From Burkholderiaceae bacterium (GTDB lineage Bacteria; Pseudomonadota; Gammaproteobacteria; Burkholderiales; Burkholderiaceae_E), in NCBI GenBank assembly GCA_019428955.1, contig JAHYJF010000001.1, positions 1-44,354 on the forward strand: DNA of 44,354 nt. Reading direction: 5' to 3'. Positions 7,429-19,621 of this stretch are shown here, piece after piece; within the stretch, counting starts at the first letter, position 1, and each line of letters begins with the position of its first letter. Both the position numbers and the translations under genes were made by a program. The notes beneath the pieces were generated by a model. The model was not told the DNA's origin, searched no databases, and saw only the letters and a list, made by a program, of their open reading frames with translations.

Positions 7429-8587
7429 GCTAAGAAAGCTCTGGTTGACCTTCGCCCAAGCCGTCGTGATCGTACTGGCGGTGCTGTTCGTCGTCGCAAT
7501 CGTTCGTCCGCAATGGCTGTCGATAAGCCCTTGGCCCGCCTGGTGGCCGGCTACCAGGATGGCTCAATCCGGCAACGAACGTCACGACGCCATTCTGTCA
7601 TATAGCGGCGCGGCGCAGCGGGCGATCCCTTCGGTGGTCAACATCTTCACCAGCAAGGCGCTTGAGGAGCCCGATGGCGAGACCGGCGACGACCCCCGTT
7701 TCAGGCGTTTCTTCGGTGAACAGTTCGCCCAACCCCAACCGACTTTCAGCCTGGGCTCGGGGGTGATCGTGGCTAGCGATGGCCTGATTCTCACCAACCA
7801 CCATGTCGTCGCATCGGCCGATGAGATCGAAGTGCTGCTCTCCGACGGCCGGCGCACCCGAGCCGGCGTCGTCGGCAGCGACCCAGACACCGACCTGGCG
7901 GTATTGCGGGTCGCAATGCTCGACCTGCCGGCGATCGCATTCGGCAAGTCCGAGGACGCCAGGGTCGGGGACGTGGTGCTGGCCATCGGCAACCCGTTCG
8001 GGGTGGGCCAGACGGTCACGATGGGCATCATCAGCGCGCTCGGTCGCAGCCAGCTCGGCATCAACACCTTCGAGAACTTCATCCAGACCGATGCGGCGAT
8101 CAATCCCGGCAACTCGGGCGGCGCGCTGGTCGACGCCGAGGGCCGGCTGCTCGGGATCAACACGGCGATCTATTCGCCCAGCGGCGGCTCGCTCGGCATC
8201 GGCTTCGCGACCCCGGCCAGCAGCGCGCTGCACGTGATGGAACAACTGGTTCGCGACGGCGCCGTGACCCGCGGCTTCATCGGTGTCGAGCCCCAGGATC
8301 TCACGCCGGAGCTGGCCGAGGCCTTCCAGCTGCCGCTCACCGAAGGAGCGGTGATCGCCGGCCTGGTGCGCGGCGGCCCGGCCGAAAAGGCGGGGGTCAG
8401 GGTCGGCGACATCCTGGTCGCGGTAAACGGCCTCGCGGTCAAGAACACCACGACCATGCTCGATATGATCGCCAAGCTGGCACCGGGTACGACCGCCACC
8501 TTCCGGTTCGTGCGCGACAACCAGCGCAGCGACATCCGGATCGTGGTCGGCAAACGCCCCCGCCCCCAGGAATCACGACCGCGCTAG
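7427..8587 (+). CDS. Periplasmic S1C serine endoprotease of DegS/AlgW type (one PDZ domain)
   Basis: N-terminal transmembrane anchor, catalytic-triad context TNHHV ... D ... GNSGGAL, and a single C-terminal PDZ-like region. Confidence 0.9.
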   Translation: MLRKLWLTFAQAVVIVLAVLFVVAIVRPQWLSISPWPAWWPATRMAQSGNERHDAILSYSGAAQRAIPSVVNIFTSKALEEPDGETGDDPRFRRFFGEQFAQPQPTFSLGSGVIVASDGLILTNHHVVASADEIEVLLSDGRRTRAGVVGSDPDTDLAVLRVAMLDLPAIAFGKSEDARVGDVVLAIGNPFGVGQTVTMGIISALGRSQLGINTFENFIQTDAAINPGNSGGALVDAEGRLLGINTAIYSPSGGSLGIGFATPASSALHVMEQLVRDGAVTRGFIGVEPQDLTPELAEAFQLPLTEGAVIAGLVRGGPAEKAGVRVGDILVAVNGLAVKNTTTMLDMIAKLAPGTTATFRFVRDNQRSDIRIVVGKRPRPQESRPR

Positions 8588-8607
8588 GCGAGTATCCTCC
8601 CGAGCGC

Positions 8608-9363
8608 TCAAACCTCGGTGGGTTCGTCTTCGAGTTCCGGCGTACTGCTGCGCGCCTTGACGAAGCGGCCGAACCCAATGCCCAGCTCGTAGAGCAGGCA
8701 CAGCGGCACCGCCAGCATGAACTGCGAGATCACGTCCGGCGGGGTGAGCACGGCTGCGACCACGAAGGCCCCGACGACGACGTAGCGCCGTGCCGCCTTC
8801 ATCTGCTCGACGCTGACCAAGCCGGATTTGAGCAGCAACATCTGCACCACCGGGACTTCGAAGGTCAGGCCGAAGCCGAAGAAGATCGCCAAGGTGAAGT
8901 CCCAGTACTTTTGCAGATCCTGGAGGGTCTCGGCGCCGGTGCGCTCCGACATGGTGATGAAGAACCGGTAGGCTGCCGGCAACACGAAGGTATACGCGAA
9001 CGCGATCCCGACGAGCAGGAAGAAGACGCTGGAAACGATCAATGGCAGGGCAAAACGGCGCTCATGCTCGTAGAGCCCCGGCGCGACGAACGACCACGCC
9101 TGGTAGAGGATCCACGGCAGGGCCAACAGCACGGCCGAAAGGAACGCGACCTTGGTCAGGGTGAAGAAGGCCCCGGCCTGGTCAGTGAAGATCGGCCTGC
9201 TCCCGGCCGGCAGGACCTGGTACAGGGGCAGCGAGAGAAACTTCATGATCTCGCCGGAAAAATAGAAGCAGACGGCGAACAGCACCATCACCACCACCAG
9301 CGACTTGACCAGCCGGTCGCGCAGCTCGACCAGGTGGGAGAAGAAGTTCTCTTGCTCGCTCAT
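8608..9363 (-). CDS. tatC: Twin-arginine translocase subunit TatC
   Basis: FFSHLVELRDRL N-terminus and six hydrophobic segments. ATGA overlap with tatB. Confidence 0.95.
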   Translation of the reverse strand: MSEQENFFSHLVELRDRLVKSLVVVMVLFAVCFYFSGEIMKFLSLPLYQVLPAGSRPIFTDQAGAFFTLTKVAFLSAVLLALPWILYQAWSFVAPGLYEHERRFALPLIVSSVFFLLVGIAFAYTFVLPAAYRFFITMSERTGAETLQDLQKYWDFTLAIFFGFGLTFEVPVVQMLLLKSGLVSVEQMKAARRYVVVGAFVVAAVLTPPDVISQFMLAVPLCLLYELGIGFGRFVKARSSTPELEDEPTEV

Positions 9364-9800
9364 AGGTGCGCCTGGCGCTGGGGAAGCTTGCGGCGCTTGC
9401 GCCCGAGTTCGGCGTCGCGGGCCTCGCGCCGTTCACGCAAGCGGTCGCGCGTCTGGCGCACGGCGTAGACGGTGTTCCAGTCGGTCGGCTGGTATTCCGC
9501 CTCCGGTTCACCCTCGAGCGCCGCATTCAGTGAATCGACCTCCTGCTGCACTTCGGCGGCGCCCTTCTCGACCGATTTCTTGAGGTCGTGCGCCACCTCG
9601 GTGATCTCCGTCTGCATCCGGCGCAGTTCCTCGATCTCCATCTGGCGCCCGACATCGGACTTGACGTCGTTGACGTAGCGCTGGATCTTCCCGAGCCACT
9701 CCCCGGCCTGGCGCGCGACCTTGGGCAGGCGCTCAGGTCCGATGACGATCAGCGCGATCACCGAGGCGATCAGGAGTTCGGAAAAGGCAACGTCAAACAT
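9360..9800 (-). CDS. tatB: Twin-arginine translocase subunit TatB
   Basis: MFDVAFSELLIASVIALIVIGPERLPKVAR followed by an amphipathic, charged tail. Confidence 0.93.
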   Translation of the reverse strand: MFDVAFSELLIASVIALIVIGPERLPKVARQAGEWLGKIQRYVNDVKSDVGRQMEIEELRRMQTEITEVAHDLKKSVEKGAAEVQQEVDSLNAALEGEPEAEYQPTDWNTVYAVRQTRDRLRERREARDAELGRKRRKLPQRQAHL

Positions 9801-9889
9801 TGGGTCTCAGAAACGCAAAGAGCGACCGTAACAGGCCGCTCGACCAGGCGAGCCCGGATCGACACCGTGCCCGCGACCACGCCAAGCCG

Positions 9890-10102
9890 TCAGCGCTTTT
9901 CTTTGGCGTCGACGTCGATGGTCTTGCCCGACTGCGACGCTTCCGAATCGGCCGTCTTCTCCGAGCCTTCCTTCATGCCTTCCTTGAAGCCCTTGACGGC
10001 GCCGCCAAGGTCACTGCCCATGTTGCGCAGTTTCTTGGTGCCAAAGACCATCATCACTATTACCAGCACAATCAGCCAGTGCCAGATACTGAATGAACCC
10101 AT
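9890..10102 (-). CDS. tatA: Twin-arginine translocase subunit TatA
   Basis: [43 protein letters not shown], the canonical TatA/E N-terminus. Confidence 0.93.
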   Translation of the reverse strand: MGSFSIWHWLIVLVIVMMVFGTKKLRNMGSDLGGAVKGFKEGMKEGSEKTADSEASQSGKTIDVDAKEKR

Positions 10103-10116
10103 ACATCAACTCCCTT

Positions 10117-10479
10117 CTACGTGCGCTTAATCCCTGAACCCAATGGCTCGGGACCGCCGATCACATGCATGTGAAGATGATACACCTCCTGCCTGCCGAC
10201 CCTGCCGTTGTTGACCACGACCCTGAACCCGTCGGTGGCGCCCAATGACCGGGCCAGTTCCCCGATCCTGCCCATCATCCGGCCCAGCATCCCGGCATGC
10301 GCCAGATCGGCGTCATAGAGGTTCTCGAGGTGCCTCTTGGGTATGACCAGGAAATGCACCGGCGCGCTCGGATTGATATCGTGGAAGGCGAGGATTTCGT
10401 CGTCCTCGTAGACCTTGCGGCACGGAATCTCGCCCCGGCCGATCCGGCAAAAAAGGCATTGGTCGTTGGCGTTGCCCAT
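10117..10479 (-). CDS. Histidine triad (HIT) nucleotide-binding protein
   Basis: CLFCRI ... HLHMHVIGG histidine triad motif; 120 aa. Confidence 0.92.
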   Translation of the reverse strand: MGNANDQCLFCRIGRGEIPCRKVYEDDEILAFHDINPSAPVHFLVIPKRHLENLYDADLAHAGMLGRMMGRIGELARSLGATDGFRVVVNNGRVGRQEVYHLHMHVIGGPEPLGSGIKRT

Positions 10480-10514
10480 GTCTTTCAGCTCCTTTATTCG
10501 CCTGCGCAGTCGCG

Positions 10515-10874
10515 TTACGGCGAGCGCCGCTGCGCCTTCTCGTCAAGTCCCGACAGTCCCTCGCGGCGCTCGAGCTCGGCCAGCACGTCGGACGGTCGCA
10601 AGTCGAAATGAGCGAGCATGATCATGGTGTGGAACCATAAGTCGGCTGTTTCCGAAACTATCCGCGCCGGCACGCCATCCTTGGCTGCCATCACGGTTTC
10701 GGTGGCCTCCTCGCCAACCTTCTTCAGGATAGCGTCGGTGCCGCGCTGAAACAGCCGCGCAACATACGAGCTCTCCGGATCGGCACCCTGGCGGCGCGCT
10801 TCGAGCACGTCGGCCAGCCGCGCCAGGACATCCTTGGCACTGCCCGAACCACCATCCTGCTTGGCTGCACTCAC
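10515..10874 (-). CDS. hisE: Phosphoribosyl-ATP pyrophosphatase
   Basis: [31 protein letters not shown]...[16 protein letters not shown] start in a GTGA overlap with the hisI stop. Confidence 0.92.
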   Translation of the reverse strand: MSAAKQDGGSGSAKDVLARLADVLEARRQGADPESSYVARLFQRGTDAILKKVGEEATETVMAAKDGVPARIVSETADLWFHTMIMLAHFDLRPSDVLAELERREGLSGLDEKAQRRSP

Positions 10875-11278
10875 TTGTAGAGCCTCCCGGGATCAACCCG
10901 CACGGGATCAACTATCTGCCACTGTTCGCTTTCCAGCCGGCTATAGAAACACGATTCGCGCCCGGTGTGGCAAGCCACGCCACCGGCCTGTTCGACCAGC
11001 AGCAGCACCGCGTCACCATCGCAGTCCAGCCGGATTTCACGCACTGTCTGGATGTTGCCCGATTCCTCGCCCTTGACCCAGAGGCGGGCGCGCGAACGCG
11101 AATAATAGACCGCCTGGCGGGTCGCCACGGTGCGCTCGAGCGCTTCGCGATTCATCCACGCCATCATCAGCACGCGGCCACTGGTTGCATCCTGGGCGAT
11201 CGCGGCCACCAGGTCGGAATCGTTCCAGCGTACCCGCGAGATCCATCCCGCGCCGCCGCCGGCCTGCGCCGTGCTCAC
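10871..11278 (-). CDS. hisI: Phosphoribosyl-AMP cyclohydrolase
   Basis: [25 protein letters not shown]...[16 protein letters not shown]...DCDGDAVLL...[13 protein letters not shown] start in a GTGA overlap with hisF. Confidence 0.93.
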   Translation of the reverse strand: MSTAQAGGGAGWISRVRWNDSDLVAAIAQDATSGRVLMMAWMNREALERTVATRQAVYYSRSRARLWVKGEESGNIQTVREIRLDCDGDAVLLLVEQAGGVACHTGRESCFYSRLESEQWQIVDPVRVDPGRLYK

Positions 11279-12051
11279 TGGGTCGCTCCCGACAGTTCAC
11301 GCACCGGAATGCCGCGCGCCGCCATCACTGCTTTGGCCTGGGCCACGGTAAATTCGCCGAAGTGAAATATGCTCGCCGCCAGTACCGCGTCGGCGCGACC
11401 AATCGTCACCCCGTCGGCGAGATGCTCGAGCGTGCCCACGCCACCCGAGGCAATCACCGGAATGGTGACCGCATCGCTCACCGCCCGGGTGAGCTCGAGG
11501 TCGAAACCAGCTCGGGTACCGTCGCGATCCATGCTGGTCAGCAGGATTTCCCCGACTCCGAGCGCGGTTACCCGTCGCGCCCACTCGATGGCATCCAGCC
11601 CGGTGGGTCTGCGCCCGCCGTGGGTGAACACTTCCCAGCGCCCGGGAGCGCTGGCCTTGGCGTCGATCGCGCAGACGATGCACTGCGAGCCATAGCGCGA
11701 CGCCGAGCGCTCGAGCAGGCCGGGATCGAGAATTCCAGCGGTATTGATCGCCACCTTGTCGGCGCCGGCATTGAGCAGCCGGCGGACATCCTCCACTGCG
11801 CGCACGCCGCCGCCCACCGTGAGCGGAATGAACACCTGGTCGGCCACCGCTTCGATCATGTGCAGGATCATGTCGCGCTCGTCGCTCGAAGCCGTGATGT
11901 CGAGGAAAGTCAGTTCGTCGGCGCCCTGTTCGTCGTAGCGCCGGGCGATCTCGACCGGGTCGCCGGCATCGCGCAGGGCGACGAAATTGACGCCCTTGAC
12001 GACCCGGCCAGCGGTGACGTCAAGGCACGGAATGATCCGCTTGGTGAGCAC
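11275..12051 (-). CDS. hisF: Imidazole glycerol phosphate synthase, cyclase subunit
   Basis: [20 protein letters not shown] ... ADKVAINTA ... ASGGVG. GTG start 2 nt after the hisA stop. Confidence 0.96.
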   Translation of the reverse strand: MLTKRIIPCLDVTAGRVVKGVNFVALRDAGDPVEIARRYDEQGADELTFLDITASSDERDMILHMIEAVADQVFIPLTVGGGVRAVEDVRRLLNAGADKVAINTAGILDPGLLERSASRYGSQCIVCAIDAKASAPGRWEVFTHGGRRPTGLDAIEWARRVTALGVGEILLTSMDRDGTRAGFDLELTRAVSDAVTIPVIASGGVGTLEHLADGVTIGRADAVLAASIFHFGEFTVAQAKAVMAARGIPVRELSGATQ

Positions 12052-12053
12052 AG

Positions 12054-12794
12054 TCAGTCCGAGAGCTCGTCGGCCAGCGCCTGGGCGGTGGCAAAGTCGA
12101 GCGTTCCTTCGTAGAGCGAGCGCCCGAGGATCACGCCCGCCACTCCGTCGGGGGAGATGGCGCAGAGCTGTTCGATATCGGCCAGGCTCGAGACCCCGCC
12201 CGAGGCGAACACCGGCACCAGCAGTTCGCTCGCCAGGCGCTGGGTTGCCTCGATGTTCACGCCCGAGAGCATGCCGTCGCGCCCGATGTCGGTATAAATC
12301 ACTCCCTCGATGCCGTAGCCCTGGAACTTGCGCGCCAGGTCGAGTACGTCGTGGCCGGTCAGCTTGCTCCAGCCATCGGTGGCGACCTTGCCGTCGCGCG
12401 CGTCCAGGCCGACGATGATCTGGCCCGGAAAAGCGCTGCAGGCGTCGTGCAGGAACCCCGGGCTCTTGACCGCGGCGGTGCCGATGATCACGTAGCTCAA
12501 GCCCTCGTCGAGGTAGCGTTCGATGGTGTCGAGGTCGCGAATCCCGCCACCGAGCTGGACCGGAATCTGAGTGCCGACCTCCTCGATGATCGCCTTGATC
12601 GCGGCGCCATTGCGCGGCTGGCCGGCAAACGCACCGTTGAGATCAACCAGGTGCAGGCGGCGGGCGCCGGCCTCGACCCAACGCCGTGCCATTCGCGCCG
12701 GATCTACCGAGAAGATCGTGGCCTCATCCATGTCGCCCTGCTTCAGGCGTACGCAGTGACCGTCTTTGAGATCGATTGCCGGTATGAGCAACAT
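12054..12794 (-). CDS. hisA: ProFAR isomerase (1-(5-phosphoribosyl)-5-[(5-phosphoribosylamino)methylideneamino]imidazole-4-carboxamide isomerase)
   Basis: [21 protein letters not shown] ... LHLVDLNGA ... GGGIR. I chose the ATG at 12794 over the ORF-track TTG at 12815. Confidence 0.93.
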   Translation of the reverse strand: MLLIPAIDLKDGHCVRLKQGDMDEATIFSVDPARMARRWVEAGARRLHLVDLNGAFAGQPRNGAAIKAIIEEVGTQIPVQLGGGIRDLDTIERYLDEGLSYVIIGTAAVKSPGFLHDACSAFPGQIIVGLDARDGKVATDGWSKLTGHDVLDLARKFQGYGIEGVIYTDIGRDGMLSGVNIEATQRLASELLVPVFASGGVSSLADIEQLCAISPDGVAGVILGRSLYEGTLDFATAQALADELSD

Positions 12795-12848
12795 GGTCGT
12801 CGTACTTAATATCAAGAGAGGTCGGGGAGAATCCGGCGCCGCTTGCGG

Positions 12849-13490
12849 CTAGGGATTCCAGTGGCAGAAATTCTGGTACAGCCGCAGCCCATCGGCTGCG
12901 CTCTTCTCGGGGTGAAACTGCGCTGCAAAAATGTTATCGCGCGCCACCGCACAGGTAAAGCGCACACCGTGCTCGCTTTCGCCGACGGTCAGCGCCTGCG
13001 GGTTGGCCGGCTCGGCGTAGTAGCTGTGGACGAAATAGAAGTGGGAGCCATCGGCGATTCCTTCCCACAGCGGGTGGGGCCGCGTCTGCCAGACCTGGTT
13101 CCAGCCCATGTGCGGCACCTTGAGGCGAGCGCCGTCGGGACGCACCATCGCCTCCGGCGGAAACCGCAGCACCCGGCCGGCGAACACGCCCAGCCCCGGA
13201 GTCGGCCCCTCGGCGCTCTCGTCGAAGAGCATCTGTTCGCCCACGCACACTCCCATGAACGGCCTGGTCGCGGCGGCCCTGAGCACCGCCTCGCGCAGCC
13301 CCGCGGCTTCGAGGTTGCGCATGCAATCGGGCATCGCCCCCTGGCCGGGTAACACCACCCGGTCGGCAGCGTCGATCTGTGCCGGGTCGCCGCTTATGGC
13401 AACCCGTGCCTGCGGTGCGACGTGCTCGAGCGCCTTGGCGACCGAGCGCAGATTACCCATGCCGTAGTCGACGACCACGATCAGGCTCAA
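12849..13490 (-). CDS. hisH: Imidazole glycerol phosphate synthase, glutaminase subunit
   Basis: [13 protein letters not shown] ... GVCVGEQML ... FHPEKS triad context. TTG start preceded by GGAGGGGG. Confidence 0.94.
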   Translation of the reverse strand: MSLIVVVDYGMGNLRSVAKALEHVAPQARVAISGDPAQIDAADRVVLPGQGAMPDCMRNLEAAGLREAVLRAAATRPFMGVCVGEQMLFDESAEGPTPGLGVFAGRVLRFPPEAMVRPDGARLKVPHMGWNQVWQTRPHPLWEGIADGSHFYFVHSYYAEPANPQALTVGESEHGVRFTCAVARDNIFAAQFHPEKSAADGLRLYQNFCHWNP

Positions 13491-13563
13491 TACGCCCCCT
13501 CCGCCCCGAGTCGGGCGACGACATCACCGGCCGCGCTCGTGCCGCAGCCTCGCAGCCAACCCG

Positions 13564-14175
13564 TCACAGCGATCCCTTGGTGGATGGAATCTCCTCGCCG
13601 CGCCGCGGATCGAATTCGACCGCCGTGCGCAGCGCCCGGGCGAAGGCCTTGAACACCGTTTCACACTGGTGATGGGCATTGGCGCCGCGCAGGTTGTCGA
13701 TGTGCAGGGTAACCAGGGCGTGATTAACGAAGCCCTGGAAGAACTCGTGGGCCAGGTCAACCTCGAACGCGCCAATCATGTCGCGCGCGAATTCGACCTG
13801 CCACTCCAGTCCCGGCCGGCCCGAGAAATCGATCACAACCCGTGAGAGCGCCTCGTCGAGCGGCACGTAGGCATGGCCATAGCGATTGATACCCTTGCGG
13901 TCCCCGATCGCCTGGGCAACCGCCTGGCCCAGCGTGATCCCGACGTCCTCGACGGTGTGGTGGCCATCGATGTGGAGGTCGCCTTCGGCGCTCACCTCGA
14001 GATCCACCAGACCGTGACGCGCGATCTGGTCGAGCATGTGATCGAGGAACGGCACGCCGGTGGCCAGTTCGCGGCGGCCGGTGCCGTCAAGATCGACGCG
14101 CACGCGAATCCGCGTTTCGGCCGTAATCCGGGTCACTTCTGCACTACGTTTCACCACCTCACCTCCCAGGTTCAT
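13564..14175 (-). CDS. hisB: Imidazoleglycerol-phosphate dehydratase
   Basis: [18 protein letters not shown] ... [13 protein letters not shown] ... [16 protein letters not shown] ... [21 protein letters not shown] overlap with hisC. Confidence 0.95.
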   Translation of the reverse strand: MNLGGEVVKRSAEVTRITAETRIRVRVDLDGTGRRELATGVPFLDHMLDQIARHGLVDLEVSAEGDLHIDGHHTVEDVGITLGQAVAQAIGDRKGINRYGHAYVPLDEALSRVVIDFSGRPGLEWQVEFARDMIGAFEVDLAHEFFQGFVNHALVTLHIDNLRGANAHHQCETVFKAFARALRTAVEFDPRRGEEIPSTKGSL

Positions 14176-15266
14176 GCACCCGCCGCGCGCTGCGTAGCGC
14201 GCAACGCCGCCAGCAGCGCGGCATTTTCCTGCGGGTAGCTCACCGTCAATCGCAGGCAGTTGCCCAGCAACGGGTGCATTTTACCCACGTCGCGGATCAA
14301 AACCCCGCGTTTACGCAGCCCAGCGGCGGTCGCCGGGCCATCGGCGACCCGGATGAGCAGGAAATTGGCCCGCGACGGAAACACCTCGACCCCGGGGATC
14401 GCGGCCAGTTCCCGGGCCAGCGTGGTGCGCCCCGCACGCAATTCGGCCGCCTGGGCCTCGAACACCGCCAGGTGTTCGAGGGCGAAGATCGCACCGGCTT
14501 CGTTGAGCGAGCCGACGTTGTAGGGCGGCCTGACCTTCTCGAGTTCCGCCAGCCACGGCGCGGCCGCGCTCAGGTAGCCGATGCGCAGCCCGGCCATCCC
14601 GAGCTTGGAGACGGTGCGCAGCACCGCCAGGTTGGGGAACTCGGGCAGGCGGTGCATCCAGGTGTCGAGCGCGAACGGTTGGTAGGCCTCGTCGACCACC
14701 ACCAGCCCCGGCGCGGCGGCGATGATCGCCTCGATCGCGCCGGTCTCGTAGCAGTTGCCGGTCGGGTTGTTGGGGTAGGCGATGAAGGTTAGCGCCGGGC
14801 GCTCGCTGCCAATCGCCGCCAGCATCGCCTCGGTGTCGAGGGTGAAATCAGCACGCAGGGGAACTCCGACGAAGCGGCTGCCGGACAGCCGCGCGCCCAT
14901 TTCGTACATCACGAACGACGGCCAGGGCGAAAGCACCACCGCGCCGGGACGTGCCGTCACCAGCGTGAGCATCGCGATCAATTCATCCGACCCATTGCCG
15001 ATCACCACGTCGTAGCCGTCCGGAACCCGGAAGCTGGCGCGGATCGCCGAGCGCAGCTCGGCGTAGCTGGGCACCGGATAGCGGTTGATGGCGACCTCGG
15101 CGAGCCGCTCGCCCAATGCCTGACGCAGTTCCGGCGGCAGCCGATAGGGATTCTCCATCGCGTCGAGTTTCACCAGGCCGCGGGAATCGGCGACCTGATA
15201 GGCGCGCATCGCCAGTACTTCGGGGCGGATCACCCCAGCCGGGCCGGTCTTGTTGTTGTCGCTCAT
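14172..15266 (-). CDS. hisC: Histidinol-phosphate aminotransferase
   Basis: KLDAMENPY ... NGSDELI ... YPNNPTG ... [13 protein letters not shown] (PLP lysine context). ATG at 15266; a GTG lies one codon upstream at 15269. Confidence 0.93.
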   Translation of the reverse strand: MSDNNKTGPAGVIRPEVLAMRAYQVADSRGLVKLDAMENPYRLPPELRQALGERLAEVAINRYPVPSYAELRSAIRASFRVPDGYDVVIGNGSDELIAMLTLVTARPGAVVLSPWPSFVMYEMGARLSGSRFVGVPLRADFTLDTEAMLAAIGSERPALTFIAYPNNPTGNCYETGAIEAIIAAAPGLVVVDEAYQPFALDTWMHRLPEFPNLAVLRTVSKLGMAGLRIGYLSAAAPWLAELEKVRPPYNVGSLNEAGAIFALEHLAVFEAQAAELRAGRTTLARELAAIPGVEVFPSRANFLLIRVADGPATAAGLRKRGVLIRDVGKMHPLLGNCLRLTVSYPQENAALLAALRATQRAAGA

Positions 15267-15304
15267 CACATTCCCTCGCCGGCGGCACGCGCCGGCCCGA
15301 TCGA

Positions 15305-16618
15305 TCAGTCGCCCTCGAGACGCATTTCGGCGCTGCGGGCGTGGGCCTCCAGCCCCTCGGCCCGGGCCAGCTTCGCGGCTATTTTCCCCAGCGTCCGGGC
15401 ACCGTCGCGTGACACCTCGAGGATGCTGGTGCGCTTCTGGAAATCGTAGACCCCCAGCGGCGAAGAGAAGCGCGCCGTACGCATGGTCGGCAACACGTGG
15501 TTGGGGCCGGCGCAGTAGTCGCCCAGGGACTCGGAGGAATACTCGCCCAGGAAAATGGCGCCGGCGTGGCGGATCTGTTCCGCCCAGCGCGGCGCGTCCT
15601 GCGCCGAGATCTCGAGATGCTCGGGCGCGATCTGATCGGCGATGGCACAGGCCTCGGCGAGGTCGATCACCGCAACGAGCGCGCCGCGATCGGCCAGCGA
15701 ACGCTCGATCACATCGCGCCGCGGCATGGTGGCAAGCAGTCTGCCGATTGATTGCTCGACCGCGTCGAGGAAGCTGCGGCTGGGCGAAATCAGGATCGCC
15801 TGGGCCAGTTCATCGTGTTCGGCCTGCGCGAACATGTCCATGGCAATCCAGTCGGGTGGGGTGTTGCCGTCGCAGATTACGACGATTTCACTCGGCCCGG
15901 CGATCATGTCGATCCCGACCTTGCCGAATACGCGCCGTTTGGCTTCGGCGACGTAGGCGTTGCCCGGGCCCACGATCTTGTCGACCCCTGGCACGGTCGC
16001 CGTTCCATAGGCGAGCGCTGCCACCGCTTGCGCGCCCCCCACGGCAAAGACCCGGTCGACCCCGGCGATCGCGGCGGCGGCGAGCACTGCCTGATTGCGC
16101 ACCCCGTCCGGTGTCGGCACGACCATGACGATTTCGCCCACCCCGGCAACCTTGGCGGGAACCGCGTTCATCAGAACCGACGAGGGATAGGCGGCACGGC
16201 CACCCGGAACGTAGATCCCGACCCGGTCGAGCGGCGTGACTCGTTGCCCCAGCCGGGTGCCGTCGGCTTCCTGATAGGACCACGATACGGCCAGCTGGCG
16301 CTCATGGAAGGCGCGCACCCGCGCGGCGGCGACCTCCAGCGCCAGGCGGACTTCCGGGGCCAACCCGGCAAGGGCGCACTGCAACTCGGCGGCGGGAATT
16401 TCCAGGTCGGCGGCAGCGCTCACCTCGACCCGGTCAAACCGCCGGGTGTATTCGAGCAGCGCCGCATCGCCGCGCTCGCGCACGGCGGCGATTATCTCGG
16501 CGACCGTCTGCCCGATGCGCTCGTCCTGCGCGGGCTCGCGGGCGAGCAGGCTGCGCAAGCGAGCCCCGAAGTCTGGCGCCGCTGAGTCGAGGCGACTGAT
16601 CACCCGGGCGGCGCTCAT
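15305..16618 (-). CDS. hisD: Histidinol dehydrogenase
   Basis: 437 aa with ...[25 protein letters not shown] ... AEHD ... APEHLE ... [12 protein letters not shown] motifs. Confidence 0.96.
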   Translation of the reverse strand: MSAARVISRLDSAAPDFGARLRSLLAREPAQDERIGQTVAEIIAAVRERGDAALLEYTRRFDRVEVSAAADLEIPAAELQCALAGLAPEVRLALEVAAARVRAFHERQLAVSWSYQEADGTRLGQRVTPLDRVGIYVPGGRAAYPSSVLMNAVPAKVAGVGEIVMVVPTPDGVRNQAVLAAAAIAGVDRVFAVGGAQAVAALAYGTATVPGVDKIVGPGNAYVAEAKRRVFGKVGIDMIAGPSEIVVICDGNTPPDWIAMDMFAQAEHDELAQAILISPSRSFLDAVEQSIGRLLATMPRRDVIERSLADRGALVAVIDLAEACAIADQIAPEHLEISAQDAPRWAEQIRHAGAIFLGEYSSESLGDYCAGPNHVLPTMRTARFSSPLGVYDFQKRTSILEVSRDGARTLGKIAAKLARAEGLEAHARSAEMRLEGD

Positions 16619-17259
16619 GGCTTGGTCGCCACCGCCGCGGCAAAGCGCTCCAACATGGGCTGGAGATGCGCCGCCTTGATCTTGAGAGCGGCCTGGTTGA
16701 CGATCAGGCGCGACGAAATAACGCCGACCTCCTCGACTTCAACCAGGTCGTTGGCCCGCAGCGTGTTGCCGGTGCTCACCAGGTCGACGATGGCGTCGGC
16801 CAGGCCCACCAGCGGCGCCAGCTCCATCGAGCCGTAGAGCTTGATCAGGTCGACGTGCATGCCCTTGGCGGCAAAGTGTTCGCTGGCCATGCGCAGGTAC
16901 TTGGTGGCGATGCGCAGCCGGGCGCCACGCCGCATAGCGGCCTGGTAATCGAAACCGCGCCGCGCCGCCACGCAGATCCGGCAGCGGCCGATGCCCAGGT
17001 CGATCGGCTGGTACAGGCCGTCGTCAGCGTTTTCGATCAGCACATCCTTACCGGCCACCCCGATGTCGGCGGCGCCGTAGCGGACATAGGTCGGCACATC
17101 GCTGGCGCGGACGATGATCAGACGCAGGTTGGGATCGCCCGTGGGCAGGATCAGCTTGCGCGAATCAAGCACCGCGGGATCGATCGAAATGCCGATCGCC
17201 TCCAGCAGAGGCACGGTCTCATCGAAGATCCTTCCCTTGGAAAGAGCCAGTGTGATCAT
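16615..17259 (-). CDS. hisG: ATP phosphoribosyltransferase, short form
   Basis: [14 protein letters not shown]... with AAGGAA 4-5 nt upstream of the ATG at 17259. At about 214 aa it is the short HisG type, which normally works with HisZ; hisZ is not in this window. ATGA overlap with hisD. Confidence 0.92.
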   Translation of the reverse strand: MITLALSKGRIFDETVPLLEAIGISIDPAVLDSRKLILPTGDPNLRLIIVRASDVPTYVRYGAADIGVAGKDVLIENADDGLYQPIDLGIGRCRICVAARRGFDYQAAMRRGARLRIATKYLRMASEHFAAKGMHVDLIKLYGSMELAPLVGLADAIVDLVSTGNTLRANDLVEVEEVGVISSRLIVNQAALKIKAAHLQPMLERFAAAVATKP

Positions 17260-17307
17260 TTCATTCCTTGCCAGCATGCCCGTTTGCAATTCCCGAAATC
17301 GCCCGGC

Positions 17308-18600
<1,293 letters not shown>

Positions 18601-18846
18601 TCAGGATTGGTGCTGCGCGAATTCGGCCGGCGTAAGCGTTTTCATCGAAAGCGCGTGGATCTGAGCGCCCATCCGCTCACCAAGGGCGGCATAGACCAGC
18701 TGGTGTCTGCCGACCGGCCGCTTGCCCTCGAATAGCACGCTCACGATGGTCGCCTCGAAATGCTGGCCATCGTCACCCCGGACATCAAGGTGTTCGCAGG
18801 GCAGGGCCTCGGCTATGAACTTGCGCACTTCTTCAGAACTGAGCAT
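18601..18846 (-). CDS. ibaG: BolA-family protein (IbaG/YrbA-like)
   Basis: 81 aa. It contains the ...HF...V.S..F.G...V.RHQ.VY..L... BolA signature and sits directly upstream of murA, as in E. coli. Confidence 0.85.
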   Translation of the reverse strand: MLSSEEVRKFIAEALPCEHLDVRGDDGQHFEATIVSVLFEGKRPVGRHQLVYAALGERMGAQIHALSMKTLTPAEFAQHQS

Positions 18847-18862
18847 TGCGGCAAACCTTCCT

Positions 18863-19621
18863 TCAGTTGCGTAGCCGGTAACCGCTGATGAGCAGGCGCA
18901 GCGCGAGCATTCCGGTCACCGCCAGCGCCACGCACACCACGATCAGACTGGTCCAGGGCGAAACGTCGGAAACGCCGAAGAACCCGTAACGGAAACCGTC
19001 GACCATGTAAAAGAACGGGTTCAGGTGGGACAGCTTTTGCCAGACGGCAGGCAACGACGTCACCGAATAGAACACGCCCGCCAGAAAAGTCATCGGCATG
19101 ATGATGAAATTCTGGAAAGCGGCGATCTGGTCAAACTTCTCTGACCAGATCCCGACCATCAAGCCCATTGTACCGAGAATGGCGCTGCCGAGAACCGCGA
19201 ACACCACTATCCACGCGGGCGCCGCGAAACTGAGATCGGCGAACCAGGAGGTGAAGATGAACACCCCCGAGCCAACCGCAATTCCCCGCACCATGGCGGC
19301 CAGCACGTAAGCCGCGAAGATCTCGAAATGTGACAGTGGCGGCAGCAGCACGAAGACGATATTCCCGGTGATCTTGCTCTGGATCATCGATGACGAGCTG
19401 TTGGCGAACGCGTTCTGCAGCACCGCCATCATCACCAGTCCGGGGATCAGGAACGAGGTATAGCGCACCCCCTCGAACACGGTCACGCGGTCGGTTAGCA
19501 CGTGTCCGAAGATCAGCAGGTAGAGCGCAGAGGTGAGGATCGGCGCGGCGATGGTCTGGACCCCAACCTTGAGGAAGCGCAGCAACTCCTTGTAGAACAG
19601 CGTGATGAAGCCGCGGCTCAT
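18863..19621 (-). CDS. ABC-2 type transporter permease
   Basis: 252 aa with six hydrophobic segments. ATGA overlap with the upstream ATPase gene. Substrate unknown. Confidence 0.85.
   Translation of the reverse strand: MSRGFITLFYKELLRFLKVGVQTIAAPILTSALYLLIFGHVLTDRVTVFEGVRYTSFLIPGLVMMAVLQNAFANSSSSMIQSKITGNIVFVLLPPLSHFEIFAAYVLAAMVRGIAVGSGVFIFTSWFADLSFAAPAWIVVFAVLGSAILGTMGLMVGIWSEKFDQIAAFQNFIIMPMTFLAGVFYSVTSLPAVWQKLSHLNPFFYMVDGFRYGFFGVSDVSPWTSLIVVCVALAVTGMLALRLLISGYRLRN

Noticed and set aside
15250-16128. 292-aa plus-strand Arg/Pro-rich ORF over hisD
   Set aside because: Its extreme Arg/Pro/Ser content is typical of an out-of-frame reading of GC-rich DNA, and it overlaps hisD.
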